From Schmidtea nova (lineage: Eukaryota): a DNA stretch of 64,000 nt. Location of the stretch: the NCBI GenBank assembly GCA_044892505.1, contig CM097882.1:422716001-422780000 (forward strand), in the 5' to 3' direction. Made by a program: the position numbers and the translations under genes. The notes beneath the pieces are model-generated. The model saw only the letters and a program-made list of their open reading frames with translations, did no database searches and was not told the DNA's origin. Of the stretch, positions 50,157-62,690 are shown one piece after another (within the stretch, counting starts at the first letter, position 1; each line of letters starts with the position of its first letter).

Positions 50157-53100
50157 TGCCGGCCCAAGCTACGGGTGAACCGTGCACCAGCCAGGGCGCA
50201 ATTTGAAAAAAAGGAAGGGAAAAATGTACACAAGGAAGTCAAAATAAAAATTTATTTTATAATTTATTTATTTCCAAAAAACTTTTTTTTATTTACACTC
50301 TGATATATTTCAACCCGCCACTGCGTTTCTGATGACCAATAAAGTTTTATTTTTTAAAGAGTATTTTGCCCGTTAATTTAACTGGTGAATTGAATTTCTG
50401 AGAACTGATCGAGTATATTTTCACGTTTTCACTAGTTGTCTATCGTCTGTCAGTGACGCAACAATTGCCTGTATCTCATTTATTTCATAATGATGATTGA
50501 AAATTATTTTATTAAGTGTTAATAAATGAGAATTACATAATTTGCTTGTGAATAAATTTAAATTAATTAATTTAAGAGTCCATCATGTGCGCAAATAAAC
50601 CATGGACTGCTGCAAACCGAAAATTGACAATTGCAATTTAAACAAGAAAATGAAAAGTCTGCAAAGGTATTTACGAAATAATTTTAAGTAGAGTCCAAGC
50701 AAAGTGAAGAAATTGGTTGCTCTTTGTCATTAGTTGGTAGTAATTCTTTTTTGGACGAGAAAATGGAAGAAACACCTGAAGCAAGTAGTCTCAAAACAAC
50801 ATCTCAATCTCTTAGTTCTACTACTTCTGGTGACGTTTAAATAGATATAAATGATCCTGCACTATGGCCAGTTCCCCTTAATTCTAAAATTCGTGATCAC
50901 ATAATTTATATAGGAATTGATGTGGAATCGCACCAAACAAATGTTATTGAATTTCCACGAGATCATAACAATCGTTGTTTTTCGAAATCATTATTGTACA
51001 GAAAATTAAATAACGGTGAATCTTATTTGTGAACCTGGCTACTCTATTCAGCAAGTTCCGATAAAGTGTTTTGTGTTTGTTGTAAGCTTTATCATTCAGA
51101 TCAAACTAAATCATCATTGGCCACTGTTGGAATCAATAACTGGAAACACATTACTGAATATCTGAAATCGCATAAAAATTCCCCCGAACATTTACAGTGT
51201 TTTGGTAATTGGTTTGAAGCTAGTCTTAAAACAAATAAAAATATTGAAAAAAATTTGCAATCTTTAATTATTAGAGAAAGAGATCACTGGCGACTTGTGT
51301 TAGATCGCATGTGCAACATAATTTTGTACCTAACGAAAAATAACTTATCTCTTCGTGGTTTTTCAGACAGATTATTTACGCCTCAAAATGAAAATTTTTT
51401 GGGCTTAGTGGAACTGTTGAACAAATACGATGCAACTTTAAACGAGCATTTACGACGTATTCCTTCTAAAGAATCTTATGTAACTTATTGCGGAAAAACA
51501 ATTCAAAATGAGCTAATTTCTTTATCGGCATCCGGAATTAAAGACAATATTTTAAGACGAGCTAGAGATGCCAAATATTTTAGTATAATTCTAGACTGCA
51601 CCCCTGATGTCAGCCATACTGAACAACTCTCCTTTACATTAAGATTTGTTGATATTTCAAGCGATGAGATAGAGATTAAAGAACATTTCTTAATTTATCA
51701 AACTGTTGAAAAATCCTCTGGATAATATTTATTTCAAATTTTACAAAAGTTGTTGGAAGATGTAAATTTAAATTTGATGAATTGTAGAGGGCGGCAAGGA
51801 TACGATAATGGTGCAAATATGAAAGGTAAAAATAAAGGCGTAGAAGCTCGAGTTTGTGAACTAAATACAAGAGCTTTTTTCATGCCTTGTGGATGTCATT
51901 CTCTAAATTTAGTTATAATCGATTGTGCAACATCTTGTACTGGGTCGATATCATTTTTCGGAATTGTCCAACGAATATATACACTGTTTTCAGCTTAAGT
52001 ATCTAGATAGAACATATTGAAAGATCATGTATCCAATTTTACAGTAAAACCTCTTTGTGAAACTCGATGGGAAAGTCGAATCGAATGTTTAAAACCAATA
52101 CGGTACCAAATAGTGGAGATTTTCGATGCTTTAGTAACTTTGAGTGAAACAGACTCTTCTGATATTTCCATTAAACATGAAGCTTATACATTATCTGAGC
52201 AGATAAGTACTTTTTATTTTTTGGTAATGCTTGTTACTTGTTATAATATTTTATATCGTGTAAATATTGTTAGGAAATCTATGCAATTTGCAGCCATTGA
52301 TATAGCTTCAGTAGTTTCACTTATGAAATCATGTACAGAATTTGTGATAGAATATAGGTTAACTTGTTTTGAAAATTCTCTAGCGAATGCAAAAGAATTG
52401 GCTGAATCTTTGGAAGTTGAACCAATTTTTATTGAAAAAAGATTACGCCGTAAAAAGCAAATGTTTGCTTCTGAGAGTAGAGATGAGATTGTAATAAGTC
52501 CAAAAAACAATTTTAAGAACAACGTCTTTAATGTAATTTTAGATAATGCCATAACATCTTGGGGAATTTTATGTAATCTGAAGAAATTACCTGCCGACAA
52601 TGACTTGCTTAAGTTTTGCAAAGATCTGCATTTGAAATTAAAGATGGAAAATAATTGCGATATTAATGGCGCAAAATTATTTGACGAGTTGAAATCTGCA
52701 TCCACCCTTTTGCCTAAAGATATTCTTCGACCTCTAAATGTCTTGAACTTTATAAAATCCAGTGGATTGCAAAATGTGGTTCCAAATATTTGGATTTCAT
52801 TAAGAATAATGCTTATCATACCAATTACTGTTTGCAAGTGGTGAAAGAAGTTTTAGCAAATTGAAGATAATAAAAAACTATTTACGATCTACTATGAGTG
52901 ACGAACGATTGAATAACTTAGCGATATTTTCCTTCAAAAAGCAAATAGCAACACAACTAGACAACCGAAATAATACAGAACTTTGCCGATTTAAAGACAA
53001 GAAAAATTGGTTCATGTTTAATTTTATAAATAAATGATTTGTATTTGGACTTTCATTTCCTTAGTTAATTAATCCTCCCTTTAAAAGGCAAAACGTTGAT

Positions 53101-53221
53101 ATTTATTTTTACACATTAGGTTTTATTACTAACTACCAAGTTACTTACAAATAAAATGCATAATTCATACAGGGCGCAATTTAAATCCTTGTCCGGGCCT
53201 CTAGAATTACTTGTGCCGGCC

Positions 53222-53224
<3 letters not shown>
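50154..53224 (+). mobile_element. hAT (ZMYM1-like) transposon in a (TA)n tract, broken transposase
   Basis: TIR CAGTGCCGGCCCAAG / CAGGGCCGGCACAAG; motifs SIILDCTPDVSHTEQ, GQGYDNGANM, CGCHSLNL, ETRWESR and GERSFSKL. Confidence 0.92.
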
Positions 53225-53271
<47 letters not shown>

Positions 53272-53749
53272 GTGGGCTGCCAAATTTTAAACAACCGGCT
53301 CGTTAATATTTCGAAGAAAAAAAACGGTACATTGTCTTCATTTATTCATGTACAGTATAAAATATATAATATATATAACAAAACATTTATTGCATAAAAT
53401 AAGTTATTTTGTTTTCTTTTGTTATATATATTATATATTTTATACTGTACAAAAATAAATGAAGACAATGTACTCATTTACCGTTTTTTTCTTTTTAAAT
53501 TACTAATTTAACAAGTTTAAAAAATTTTAACANNNNNNNNNNNNNNNNNNNNNNNNNNNNNNNNNNNNNNNNNNNNNNNNNNNNNNNNNNNNNNNNNNNN
53601 NNNNNNNNNNNNNNNNNNNNNNNNNNNNNNNNNNNNNNNNNNNNNNNNNNNNNNNNNNNNNNNNNNNNNNNNNNNNNNNNNNNNNNNNNNNNNNNNNNNN
53701 NNNNNNNNNNNNNNNNNAGTAAAAATAAAAATAGAAAATTTATTATAAA

Positions 53750-54130
53750 TTTGAAAATAGAGATTTATTGAGGTTAAATTGGGATGGATGTATGCCAAAT
53801 ATTGAGACGAAGCCAAAAATGACAAAAGTATGGAAAGAATTTAAAAAGTAATAAATTAATTAAGAGTTAATTGGCTAATAGGAAACCCGAGCTTATGAGA
53901 AACCTGAGCCAATGGAGAACCCGAATTGTGTAGGAAGCTGAATGAACAGCAAGACATGTAATTATCCCTGAGAAAAATAATTTTAAGGGAAACCTAAAAA
54001 CACAGTTGACGGAGGGATAATTGGCAGTTTTAGTTTAATTAGGAAATGTCAAATAAGGAATCACCGCTAGACAGTTTAATCAGATAGCGGAAATCCATCA
54101 AAAGGAGTACTTTGAAAAGGAGAGGTAAAT
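53750..54130 (+). mobile_element. LTR fragment
   Basis: Homologous to the reverse complement of 62200-62620. Confidence 0.55.
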
Positions 54131-54159
54131 TCCATATAAATATATATACTTGTATTACA

Positions 54160-54530
54160 TCAACTAAGAGCTCTTGTGCATTCGTTCACCCTTAAGATTA
54201 ATTGATGAATGATTTTTTTCAAAATCAAATAATAACATCTCGCTTTGAATCTAGTATCTTTAACGATATGAATCGTCACATCATAACCATTTGATGCTAG
54301 CTTTTCATCTTGTGCAGATACATCAAAACAGAATATAGAACATAAATCTTTAGAGTCGAGATAGTTTAATTGTGGATCTACATCAAATACTTTACACATA
54401 TGAAAATACCTTTGGAATGATTGCATTTAGTAATTTTTAGTTGAATCAAACACCATTGGACTCTTTCAACGTTCAACTGCACACGAATATTCTTGACCTT
54501 AGTATCGCCATCTTTTGAATAAATTTACTA
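54160..54530 (-). pseudogene. Maverick major capsid protein, C-terminal relic
   Basis: KNIRVQLNVER and KDLCSIFCFDVSAQDEKL...RCYYLIL resemble Polinton MCP C-termini. Confidence 0.6.
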
Positions 54531-54574
54531 TTATTGATAATATAAGATGCCACAAAATTTTCAAAAGCAATTTA

Positions 54575-54797
54575 TCTCTCATAATTATCTTTTTTTCACC
54601 TTTGATCTTTTTTCATTATTAATATCAATAATTCCCATAATGGATGACTATAGATCAAAATTTCTTTAAGCACACGATATTTCAGCACCGCATTTATCAA
54701 ATACACACTTGATAAAGGCTGTGCCGAAATATTGTGTACTTATTTAAAGAAAGTTTTATATATAGTCATCCATTATGGGAATTATTGAAAATTAATA
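54575..54797. repeat. Divergently joined pair of hammerhead-repeat copies
   Basis: Minus copy with degenerate TTGATAA A TGCGGTGCT GAAA TATC GTGT (54700-54671) abuts a plus copy. Confidence 0.85.
54705..54737 (+). ncRNA. Hammerhead-like motif copy 4
   Basis: Identical 33-nt motif to 16-48. Confidence 0.65.
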
Positions 54798-54806
54798 ATT
54801 AATCTA

Positions 54807-55900
54807 TGTCTAGGCCTCTCTGATAAAAATGCGGGTCTCCAAAAATAGTTACTACTTTCAGGTATATCAATTTTTGCTACTTGTCGACAGAAATATCTCA
54901 CCTTGATATTTCTATTTGTATTCAATATCTCAAGCAGATTAACTTCTAATGTAGGATTAAAGCTGTTGGGTTCTGGAGTTGTTGGTGAAATGGTAAAGGT
55001 TACCAATCAAATATCCAAAGCGTGCCTTTAATTGACCCCAATAACAATTAACACTGGAAACTTTATCGAATATTACAAATAGTGTCTTTTAACACTGAAT
55101 TGACTAAAATCAACAGACCAACAATTGATTATACGGTGCTTATTACGACACGATGGTGAAGAATAGCACTTTGTATAATCTTGGCTCGAACGATCACTTA
55201 CCACTGATGGGTATAACAATTGGTAATCTGGCTGGTTGTTTTCTGGGTTTGACTTGGGTTTACTGGTTGAGTTTTACTCTATTATTAATCGATAATAACG
55301 GGTTTCACTCAATTTTCTGTCACGTCCTTTATTTTTTTCTCTTTCAGTTTCCTCTGGCTTCACACAATCTTTCAATTTCTCCACTAATTTCCTCGGTGTT
55401 TTCTTAAATCTTCTCCCAAACTTCTGATTATTATATTCTGCTCTCTAAACTTTTCTCTCTAATTCTGTCAAAACTTCAGTCTAAATTTCTCTGAAACTTC
55501 TGGCCAAACTTCTGATCGCTTTTGCTGTGTTTCTCCTTTTATATCTCTTCACTTTGTGGCACTTAATATTATCACTTGTTATTCCATTTTTTTCCAACAT
55601 AATTTCCCATTCATTTTTTCCAGCAACGGAGTTATCTCTGACAGCCGTCAAGATAATCTCTGTTTCCTTTTTGCCACTCCGGCTTGTTTGGTTTTTTGCC
55701 CGCGTTATCTCTGACCGGTTGTCGAGATAAAATTCTTGTTGTTGTTTTTGTTTTTCCCAACTTTTGAATTTCTTCCTGTTTGCACTAATTAATTAGTGCT
55801 GACCTCTATTTCATTTTCCTTGTCTGATTTCTTTTCTTTTGTTTCCCTTCCTCATTTCTCATTCCTTTTTATTCTCGGTTTCTTTCCCAAACTCCTATCA
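54807..55900 (-). mobile_element. LTR (same family as 57666-58950) interrupting the capsid gene
   Basis: Shares GCACTAATTAATTAGTGCTGACC and GAGATATAAAAGGAG in inverted orientation; no TSD confirmed. Confidence 0.65.
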
Positions 55901-56480
55901 ATCGTGTCATTCCCCATGACGATTTTCCCCCAAGTAATTTTGTTTATTTATTATATTATTTCTACAAAGCAAATTTCTTGTATCCATAACTCCAACTCTT
56001 CAAACATAATCTTTATCTTGCTGACTGCTGGAGAAGTTGGAGGTACTCCATAATTTCACGATTCATTGTCAATTCAATAGGGATCAAGAATATAACTCGA
56101 TTTTAATACGCAGAAACCCAAATAGATTCTTGAGGGGAAAGATACCACCATAACCTTTATTTTACAATGATTTGCGTAAACCATATGATGGGAATTTATT
56201 AGTTGTCTCACCAGTTGCTACATCAGGTGTTCAACCAGTTATTGTGCCATTTTCATTCTTATAATCACCACCTGTCAGTATAAAATTTAACATAGTTGGC
56301 ACATCACCTGGATTCTGTATATTTCGACCCCAGAGGTTCCTAATTTGAATGACATTTATTTTCAAAGGAAATATCTTCACCAGCAGCCAACCCCTCAATC
56401 CTAATTTTATAATACAAAACATCATTGCATGTATCTAACGGGCTGCCTGATTGCTGGCTTTGATAAAGTATAATAATGAA
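55900..56480 (-). pseudogene. Maverick major capsid protein, N-terminal relic
   Basis: IQNPGDVPTMLNFILTGGDYKNENGTITG*TPD, GIFPLKNLFGFL and ELELWIQEI. Confidence 0.55.
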
Positions 56481-56559
56481 ATAGTTATAACATTAGGATA
56501 CATAATTTGAAAAGAATATTTTAATTATAATATTTATTAAAATTGACAGTAAACTTCGA

Positions 56560-56800
56560 AATATAATTGATACTGGTGTACGAGGGACCATAACTAATAA
56601 TGGTAAGTGGGCATATATTAGTAAAAACAAAATTGAAGAGATCAGATCCAAAGAGAAAGAAGGTGGTAATTAATATTTAGTGAGCTTGGTGCAGCAGGAT
56701 CCGTAGCTGGAAATGGAACATCAATTATCAAATATGCAAAAAAAGAACAACTTTATGATGCTCAACGAAAAGTTCTTATCAAGGACAATGAATACCTGAC
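56560..56800 (+). pseudogene. Small Maverick core-like protein relic
   Basis: KEKEGG...LGAAGSVAG..TSIIKYAK resembles the GG(F)LP..GAAGS small proteins of Mavericks. Confidence 0.35.
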
Positions 56801-57665
56801 AATCTGATATTAAAGAGTAAGGTAAGAAAGCAATTAAGAATTAGTGGACTTATAACTTTAACAAAAGTATTAGGTCAATACTTTGAAATGTTTGAGTCGT
56901 CTTGGATAAACGGAAACCGAAAGATACAGTTGTATGATATTATATATCAACTTATACTCACTCAGTAGTCGGAGACTGCCGTTTTAAATCGTGGGACAAC
57001 CATGGTACTGTGTAAGAGACAAATGAATATGCTTGCACGTTGACCTTAAACACGAGGTTGTCCGTACCTTTTACTCACCCTTAAAATTAACTAAGATTGA
57101 AATGAACATAAAGTGGAACCCCAATATAATACTCTTTAAAGTAGTCCCAGTGAGGTGCACAGTCAAAGGGCTCATGTACTTGAGTCCTTCAATAGTAGGA
57201 TGTATCCCCGTTAGATACAGTATCCCGGATGTTTATGTGATAATCAACACGTGACTCGTATAAATTATATAATAATATACAATATACGTAACTGTTCAAT
57301 ATTTGATCCAGGTTACATCATATTTGACCTCAAATATGTCACATTTGAATCAAATTACATATTACTTAACCTCAATTGTCATAATTGCCGCTGATTGTTA
57401 CATGTCTGACCACTATTATGTAATATTTGTCCCCTCCCTGACTACAGCATACTGCATTTTCTTCTCACATTTAGCCTTTAACCCCGGCTGACCTTTATAT
57501 CTCGTGTCACATTGACCTTTAATTGCTATGCAGTGACAAGCGTACTCACTTACGCACATGTCTACTCCCATACACACATATACTTACTTACACACATGGT
57601 AACTCATTTACATAATAATTACACGCTTATATATATACTTCCCTCATATATACTTTTCTGATATT

Positions 57666-58950
57666 TGTTGAGGATACCTAAATAACAAATTTATGAATAA
57701 ATAAATAAAATTACCTAGGGTAATTCGGAAAAGAACTCGGAAAACTCGGAAAAAAAAACGGAAAAGAAAACGGAAATAAAAAGAAATGAAAAAGAGGAAT
57801 CAGACAAAAGAAATCAGACAAGAAAACAAAAACAAGGGTCAGCACTAATTAATTAGTACAAAAGGAAAAGAAATTTCAGAATCGGGAAAAACAGAAACAA
57901 CAACAGTATATTTATCTCGACAGCTTGTCAGAGATAACGGGAACAAAAAGAAAACGTCGGGAAATTATGCTAGAGGAAAAATGGAAAATTAGAGATAAAC
58001 TTAAGTGCCACAAAGTAACGAGATATAAAAGGAGGAAACTCAGCAGAGGGAGACAGAACATTGACGGGGAAAAAATTACGAGAGAAAATTAGACAGAACA
58101 TTTATGACAGACGGTTGAAGGCAATACAATGGAAATTTAATGGAGAAATTTAAAGATTTTGTGAAGCCGGAGAAAGTTAGAAGAGAAGTTTAGAAAATAA
58201 TTCAAAGGAAATCCGACGAAATAATAAATCAGAACAAAAAAACAGTATATTTATCTCGACAGCTTGTCAGAGATAACGGGAACAAAAAGAAAACGTCGGG
58301 AAATTATGCTAGAGGAAAAATGGAAAATTAGAGATAAACTTAAGTGCCACAAAGTAACGAGATATAAAAGGAGGAAACTCAGCAGAGGGAGACAGAACAT
58401 TGACGGGGAAAAAATTACGAGAGAAAATTAGACAGAACATTTATGACAGACGGTTGAAGGCAATACAATGGAAATTTAATGGAGAAATTTAAAGATTTTG
58501 TGAAGCCGGAGAAAGTTAGAAGAGAAGTTTAGAAAATAATTCAAAGGAAATCCGACGAAATAATAAATCAGAACAAAAGGCAGTGACAGAAAATTTAGTG
58601 AAACCCGTTATTATCAATTAATAACCGAGTAAAACTCAGCAAGTAAATCCAAGTCAAACCCAAAAAACAACCAGTTAAATTACCAATTGTTACCCTCTTC
58701 AGTAGTGAGTAATATATCATATCAGAATTATACGCGAGTGCTATTCCTCGCAATAGTGTTGCAATAAGCACTGTATAATAATAATCATCAGTAAGGTTGT
58801 TGAGTCAATTGTATCATTGTTAAAATATTTGTGATATTCAATAAGGCTTCCTTCTGTCAATTGTTATTTGTGGGTCAATTTAAGGCACGCTTGGAGTCAG
58901 AGAAATAATATGTTAAACTTAAGTTTCACCAACGACTAAATAACCTAACA
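57666..58950 (+). mobile_element. Solo LTR with 4-bp TSD TATT and an internal 339-bp tandem duplication
   Basis: TGTTGAGG...CCTAACA termini; TATT at 57662-57665 and 58951-58954; duplication 57904-58242 / 58243-58578. Confidence 0.8.
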
Positions 58951-59771
58951 TATTTATATATTTTCTCATATATACTTCCGACTCCCATTGAACTGCTGAA
59001 CCACTGAACCACTAAACTGCTGTAGCATTGCAATGAGTGTGTATGTATTTGATTGGTCGATGTGTGTTTCAAACTTTTGGTTCAGTGGTACAGTGGTTCA
59101 GTGGGAATTGGAAGTATATATGATAAGATATATATATATATATATATATATAAGCGCGTAGTTATTATGTAAATGAGTTACCATGTGTGTAAGTCTATAC
59201 ATGACGAATAATTAGTTAATTCATAGTAAAAAGTTTCGGAATTCTTCGTCCTTAATCATCGATTTTATTTCGTTTTAATTGGTTCAGCTAATTCATGATA
59301 ATCCAAGGTTTTAATACCGAGTTTTACTATTTTGCCACTAGCAAACACGTTTACACATAATGGATTATATTTAATATAGCTCAAAGTTGGAAATATTTCT
59401 GGTTCATAAACGCAATTAGTTTTCTTCAATAATAAATGTAAATTAACACGGGATCATGTATCTGCGGTCACATTAATAGATTGAATTTGAATATCTACTA
59501 TTGGATATTGTAAATCTTTAATTTTTAAGGGTTATTTGCATCCAATTATTCAAAATTTACCTGATTTGAAAAACATAATTGGATACTTTCCATTTCTATA
59601 GACAATTTGTTGAGGTTTTCCCATTGGAAATTTCATGTGCGAAACTGGAAATTTGCCTTTATAATTCTGTTAGTCTATATTTATGATGTAATAACATTTA
59701 AATATTTTTTATTCGCGCAAAACAATTAATTGAAACAAATATAAACAATAACAATTTATTTAATTTTTAAA

Positions 59772-60313
59772 ATGAAATTGAGAAACGATGCAGTATATAA
59801 AATTGTTGATCTTATTAGTAGTGGCATAACACTTTTTGATTGTAAATTATTGTAATCAAATATGTTCAAATCAAATTTTAATAATATATATTGGCACAGT
59901 GAAGCTGATGATGAGCGTGGTATGATACAAGATCAATTTTGTAAGATAAAACTGACAATGAAAAGGATTCGATAAAAACTGTTCATCTAGATTACAAAAG
60001 AGTGATGTAATTATTATTGATCATTTGTACCAAGAAGCTAATAAAAGGACTTTAATAATTTATTCATAGAAGTAGCTAGATATAAAGGAGTTACAGTTAT
60101 TTTTATTACTCATAATTTATTTAATCAAGGTAGAGCTCATCGAACTCGTATTTTAAATGTTCAATATCTAGTTGTTTTTAAAGATCCAAGAAATGCAACA
60201 GTTATTGATTTTCTTGCAATATAAGCTTACCCTAATAATCACAGTTTTTAATTGATGCATTTCAAAATGCAACTCAAGTTCCACATGGATATACTTTTCT
60301 GGATTTCACATAA
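59772..60313 (+). pseudogene. Maverick A32-like packaging ATPase relic
   Basis: MKLRNDAVYKIVDLISSGITLF (decayed Walker A), VIIIDHL (Walker B), VTVIFITHNLFNQG, LNVQYLVVFKDPRN and ATQVPHGY. Confidence 0.85.
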
Positions 60314-60905
60314 AAATATCCTGATAACATCTTTAGCTGTTTTTAAACTTAAGCTTCCAATAAGTTTGAGAATTGGGAGTGGAAATCTTCCAATAGTTCG
60401 TAACCAACCAGGTCTATACTATTTCCCAACAATTGTGTTTCTGAATATTTTGAAAAGTTGAAAAGTTTTCCAAAATTGTAACGAATAATAATCTCTATAT
60501 TGTTTATACATTAGGTTGAAACAAAAATATGAGGTCAATTATTATTCAATGCCATGTCATTTATTATGTAATAAGTGTTAAAGGTCAATTATTATATAAC
60601 CCCTGGGAGTACTGTATCTCACAGGAACATATCCTGCTACTCCCCTCAAGACCATTAATTTATGGTTTTGGGGGTGCTACAGCTCATGAGTCCTCTGAGT
60701 GCGTGCATGGTTCTCGTTGTGTGTTAAGACAGTCTGATCAGATTCAAAAAACTTTAAGATTGAATTCAAAAAATATTCAAAATTGATTAATTTTTGCATT
60801 GGTAAAAATAATTTATTATTAAGTCAATAAATTTATTTATAACTGTTAGTTTAAAACGAATTGAAGAATAAATGAAATAGGCGACCTAACAACAAAAAAA
60901 CTAGA

Positions 60906-61494
60906 ATGTCACACGTTTTCAACGGTATTCAAGTCAATCTTTCCTGGGTACCAGCTGACTTAGGCAATATCCCGGAAAATGCAATTAAGGCTGATGACAA
61001 AGTTTTTGTCATTCGATTAACCCGAGCCGACGGAACAAAGATTGGGTCGAGCATGTCTTCATTAGCAGTTGTGCCATGGGATGACAAGTTCAGTATTCTA
61101 ACTTATGGCGGCTTTGAAGTTTTAACCTATACTGGCATAAGCGAATTCGGTGAAAAGTAAACACACTGATATTTGTTGGGAAATATTACTTGTTAATCTC
61201 TACAGTTACAAATGGACAAGATGTATTAATGGGGAAGTGCCTGTGAGAAGAAATGCAGTATTGGGAGGAATAACAGACGCAAATGATGTAATGTACGTGA
61301 TAAAGGCCCCTCTGGTTTATGACATAGCAGATGGGGGGAAAAGAGCAATTTATTCTGCCGGTTCATTAGTAGAAGGAGCTAATTGTGCAACTATACCTGT
61401 TCTATTCAGTTCTAGCTCACCTAATGAGTGGCCATGTGTAAGGGTAACGGAATACGAAGTTTTGTGTTTTAAAAATGCTCGATGTCACTACTAG
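60906..61494 (+). CDS. DM9-repeat (DUF3421) protein, 2 exons (60906-61156, 61206-61494), 179 aa
   Basis: Two W..G.(I/V)P.NA(I/V)...EVL repeats; a 49-nt GT-AG intron (61157-61205) joins the two ORF-track frames in phase (540 nt CDS). Confidence 0.82.
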
Positions 61495-61890
61495 AAAGTC
61501 ATTAGAATAATATTAGTAATTGCATATAAATAGCATGAGATAATCACACAGAAATTCCGGCAATTTAACAATTAATGAAATTTATTTTGTTGGCATCTTA
61601 TTTTATTTTTAATAGTAGATTGTAATTAGCGCCAATTTTATTACTAACTTCATTACATCTCTTAGGTGGTTGTATATTTAGTTTTTTTTATTTGTATTCC
61701 GTATTTTCGCCAGGTTCAAATACTCAAGTTTTTATATCCACTCGTAACCCAACAGACTCAATTACCTAATGCTTTGTACGTATGTGCTTGGCCACATAAA
61801 TACGACTGGTAAGAAAAAGAGCCTAGTGTGGTAAATTCCAATTGACTTAAATTTCATTAAATTTTTAATCTTTATATTATTATTTTATTT

Positions 61891-62690
61891 TGTTGGGTAT
61901 TTACTAAATTAGTTGGTACGGTTTGTCTGACTCATTGGTGTTCTTAAAACTGATTCAATAAAATAACCCAACACATAATAATTTATTCGAAACTATCACA
62001 ATTTTTTGACACAATTTCTGACGCAACAAGTCTGTATAAAATTTCACAAAATCTTTTATGGAAATGCTTTTCTAACTCATCGCAGGCATAAGTCTCTCAA
62101 GAGAAGATCTACTTTCTATTATGCTTGAAGAATGAATTTACCTCCTAACTCTTTTAACTGTTACTTCTAACTCGTTTACTGGGTTTTCTTGTTTGGTAAT
62201 CGTTTACTCACTTTTGCTTCGACCACTTTGGCAACTTTGATTTTTGCCTCTTCTTTTTATAGTGCTACTTTTAATGGATTTCCACTATCAGATAGTAACT
62301 ATTTGATGAAACTGTCTGGTGGTGTTTCCCGATTTGGCATTTCCTTAATTAAACCAAGATTACCAAATATCCCTCCATCAGATATTTTCTTTGAGTTTCC
62401 CGTAAAATAAATTTTCTCAAAGATAATTACCTGTCATACTGCTCATTAGGGCTTCCCACACTATTCGAGCTCTTCATTGTCTCAGGTTTCCCATTAGCCA
62501 ATTGGTTATTTATTTATTCTTTTCTTTTGGAGACACCTATTAATTTTATTTTTTTTTGGATTCGTCTCAATATTCAGAATATACCCATAATAATTCCCTC
62601 GCTAAATCTCTATTTTCAAATTTTTATAATTTTGTTGAGGTTCCCGAAATCTCAACTTCGTATCTTATATAAATAGATAACATAACACTG
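61891..62690 (-). mobile_element. LTR relic (family of 47652-48414)
   Basis: TGTTGGG...CCCAACA hairpin end; minus-strand TATAAAAAG; GAAACCTGAG repeats; no TSD. Confidence 0.55.

Noticed and set aside
54807-58950. gag or zinc-knuckle coding call for the repeats at 41.4, 47.7, 53.8, 55, 57.7 and 62 kb
   Set aside because: TG...CA termini, 4-bp TSDs, TATA and AATAAA signals show they are LTRs; the peptide resemblances are not sustained in any frame.
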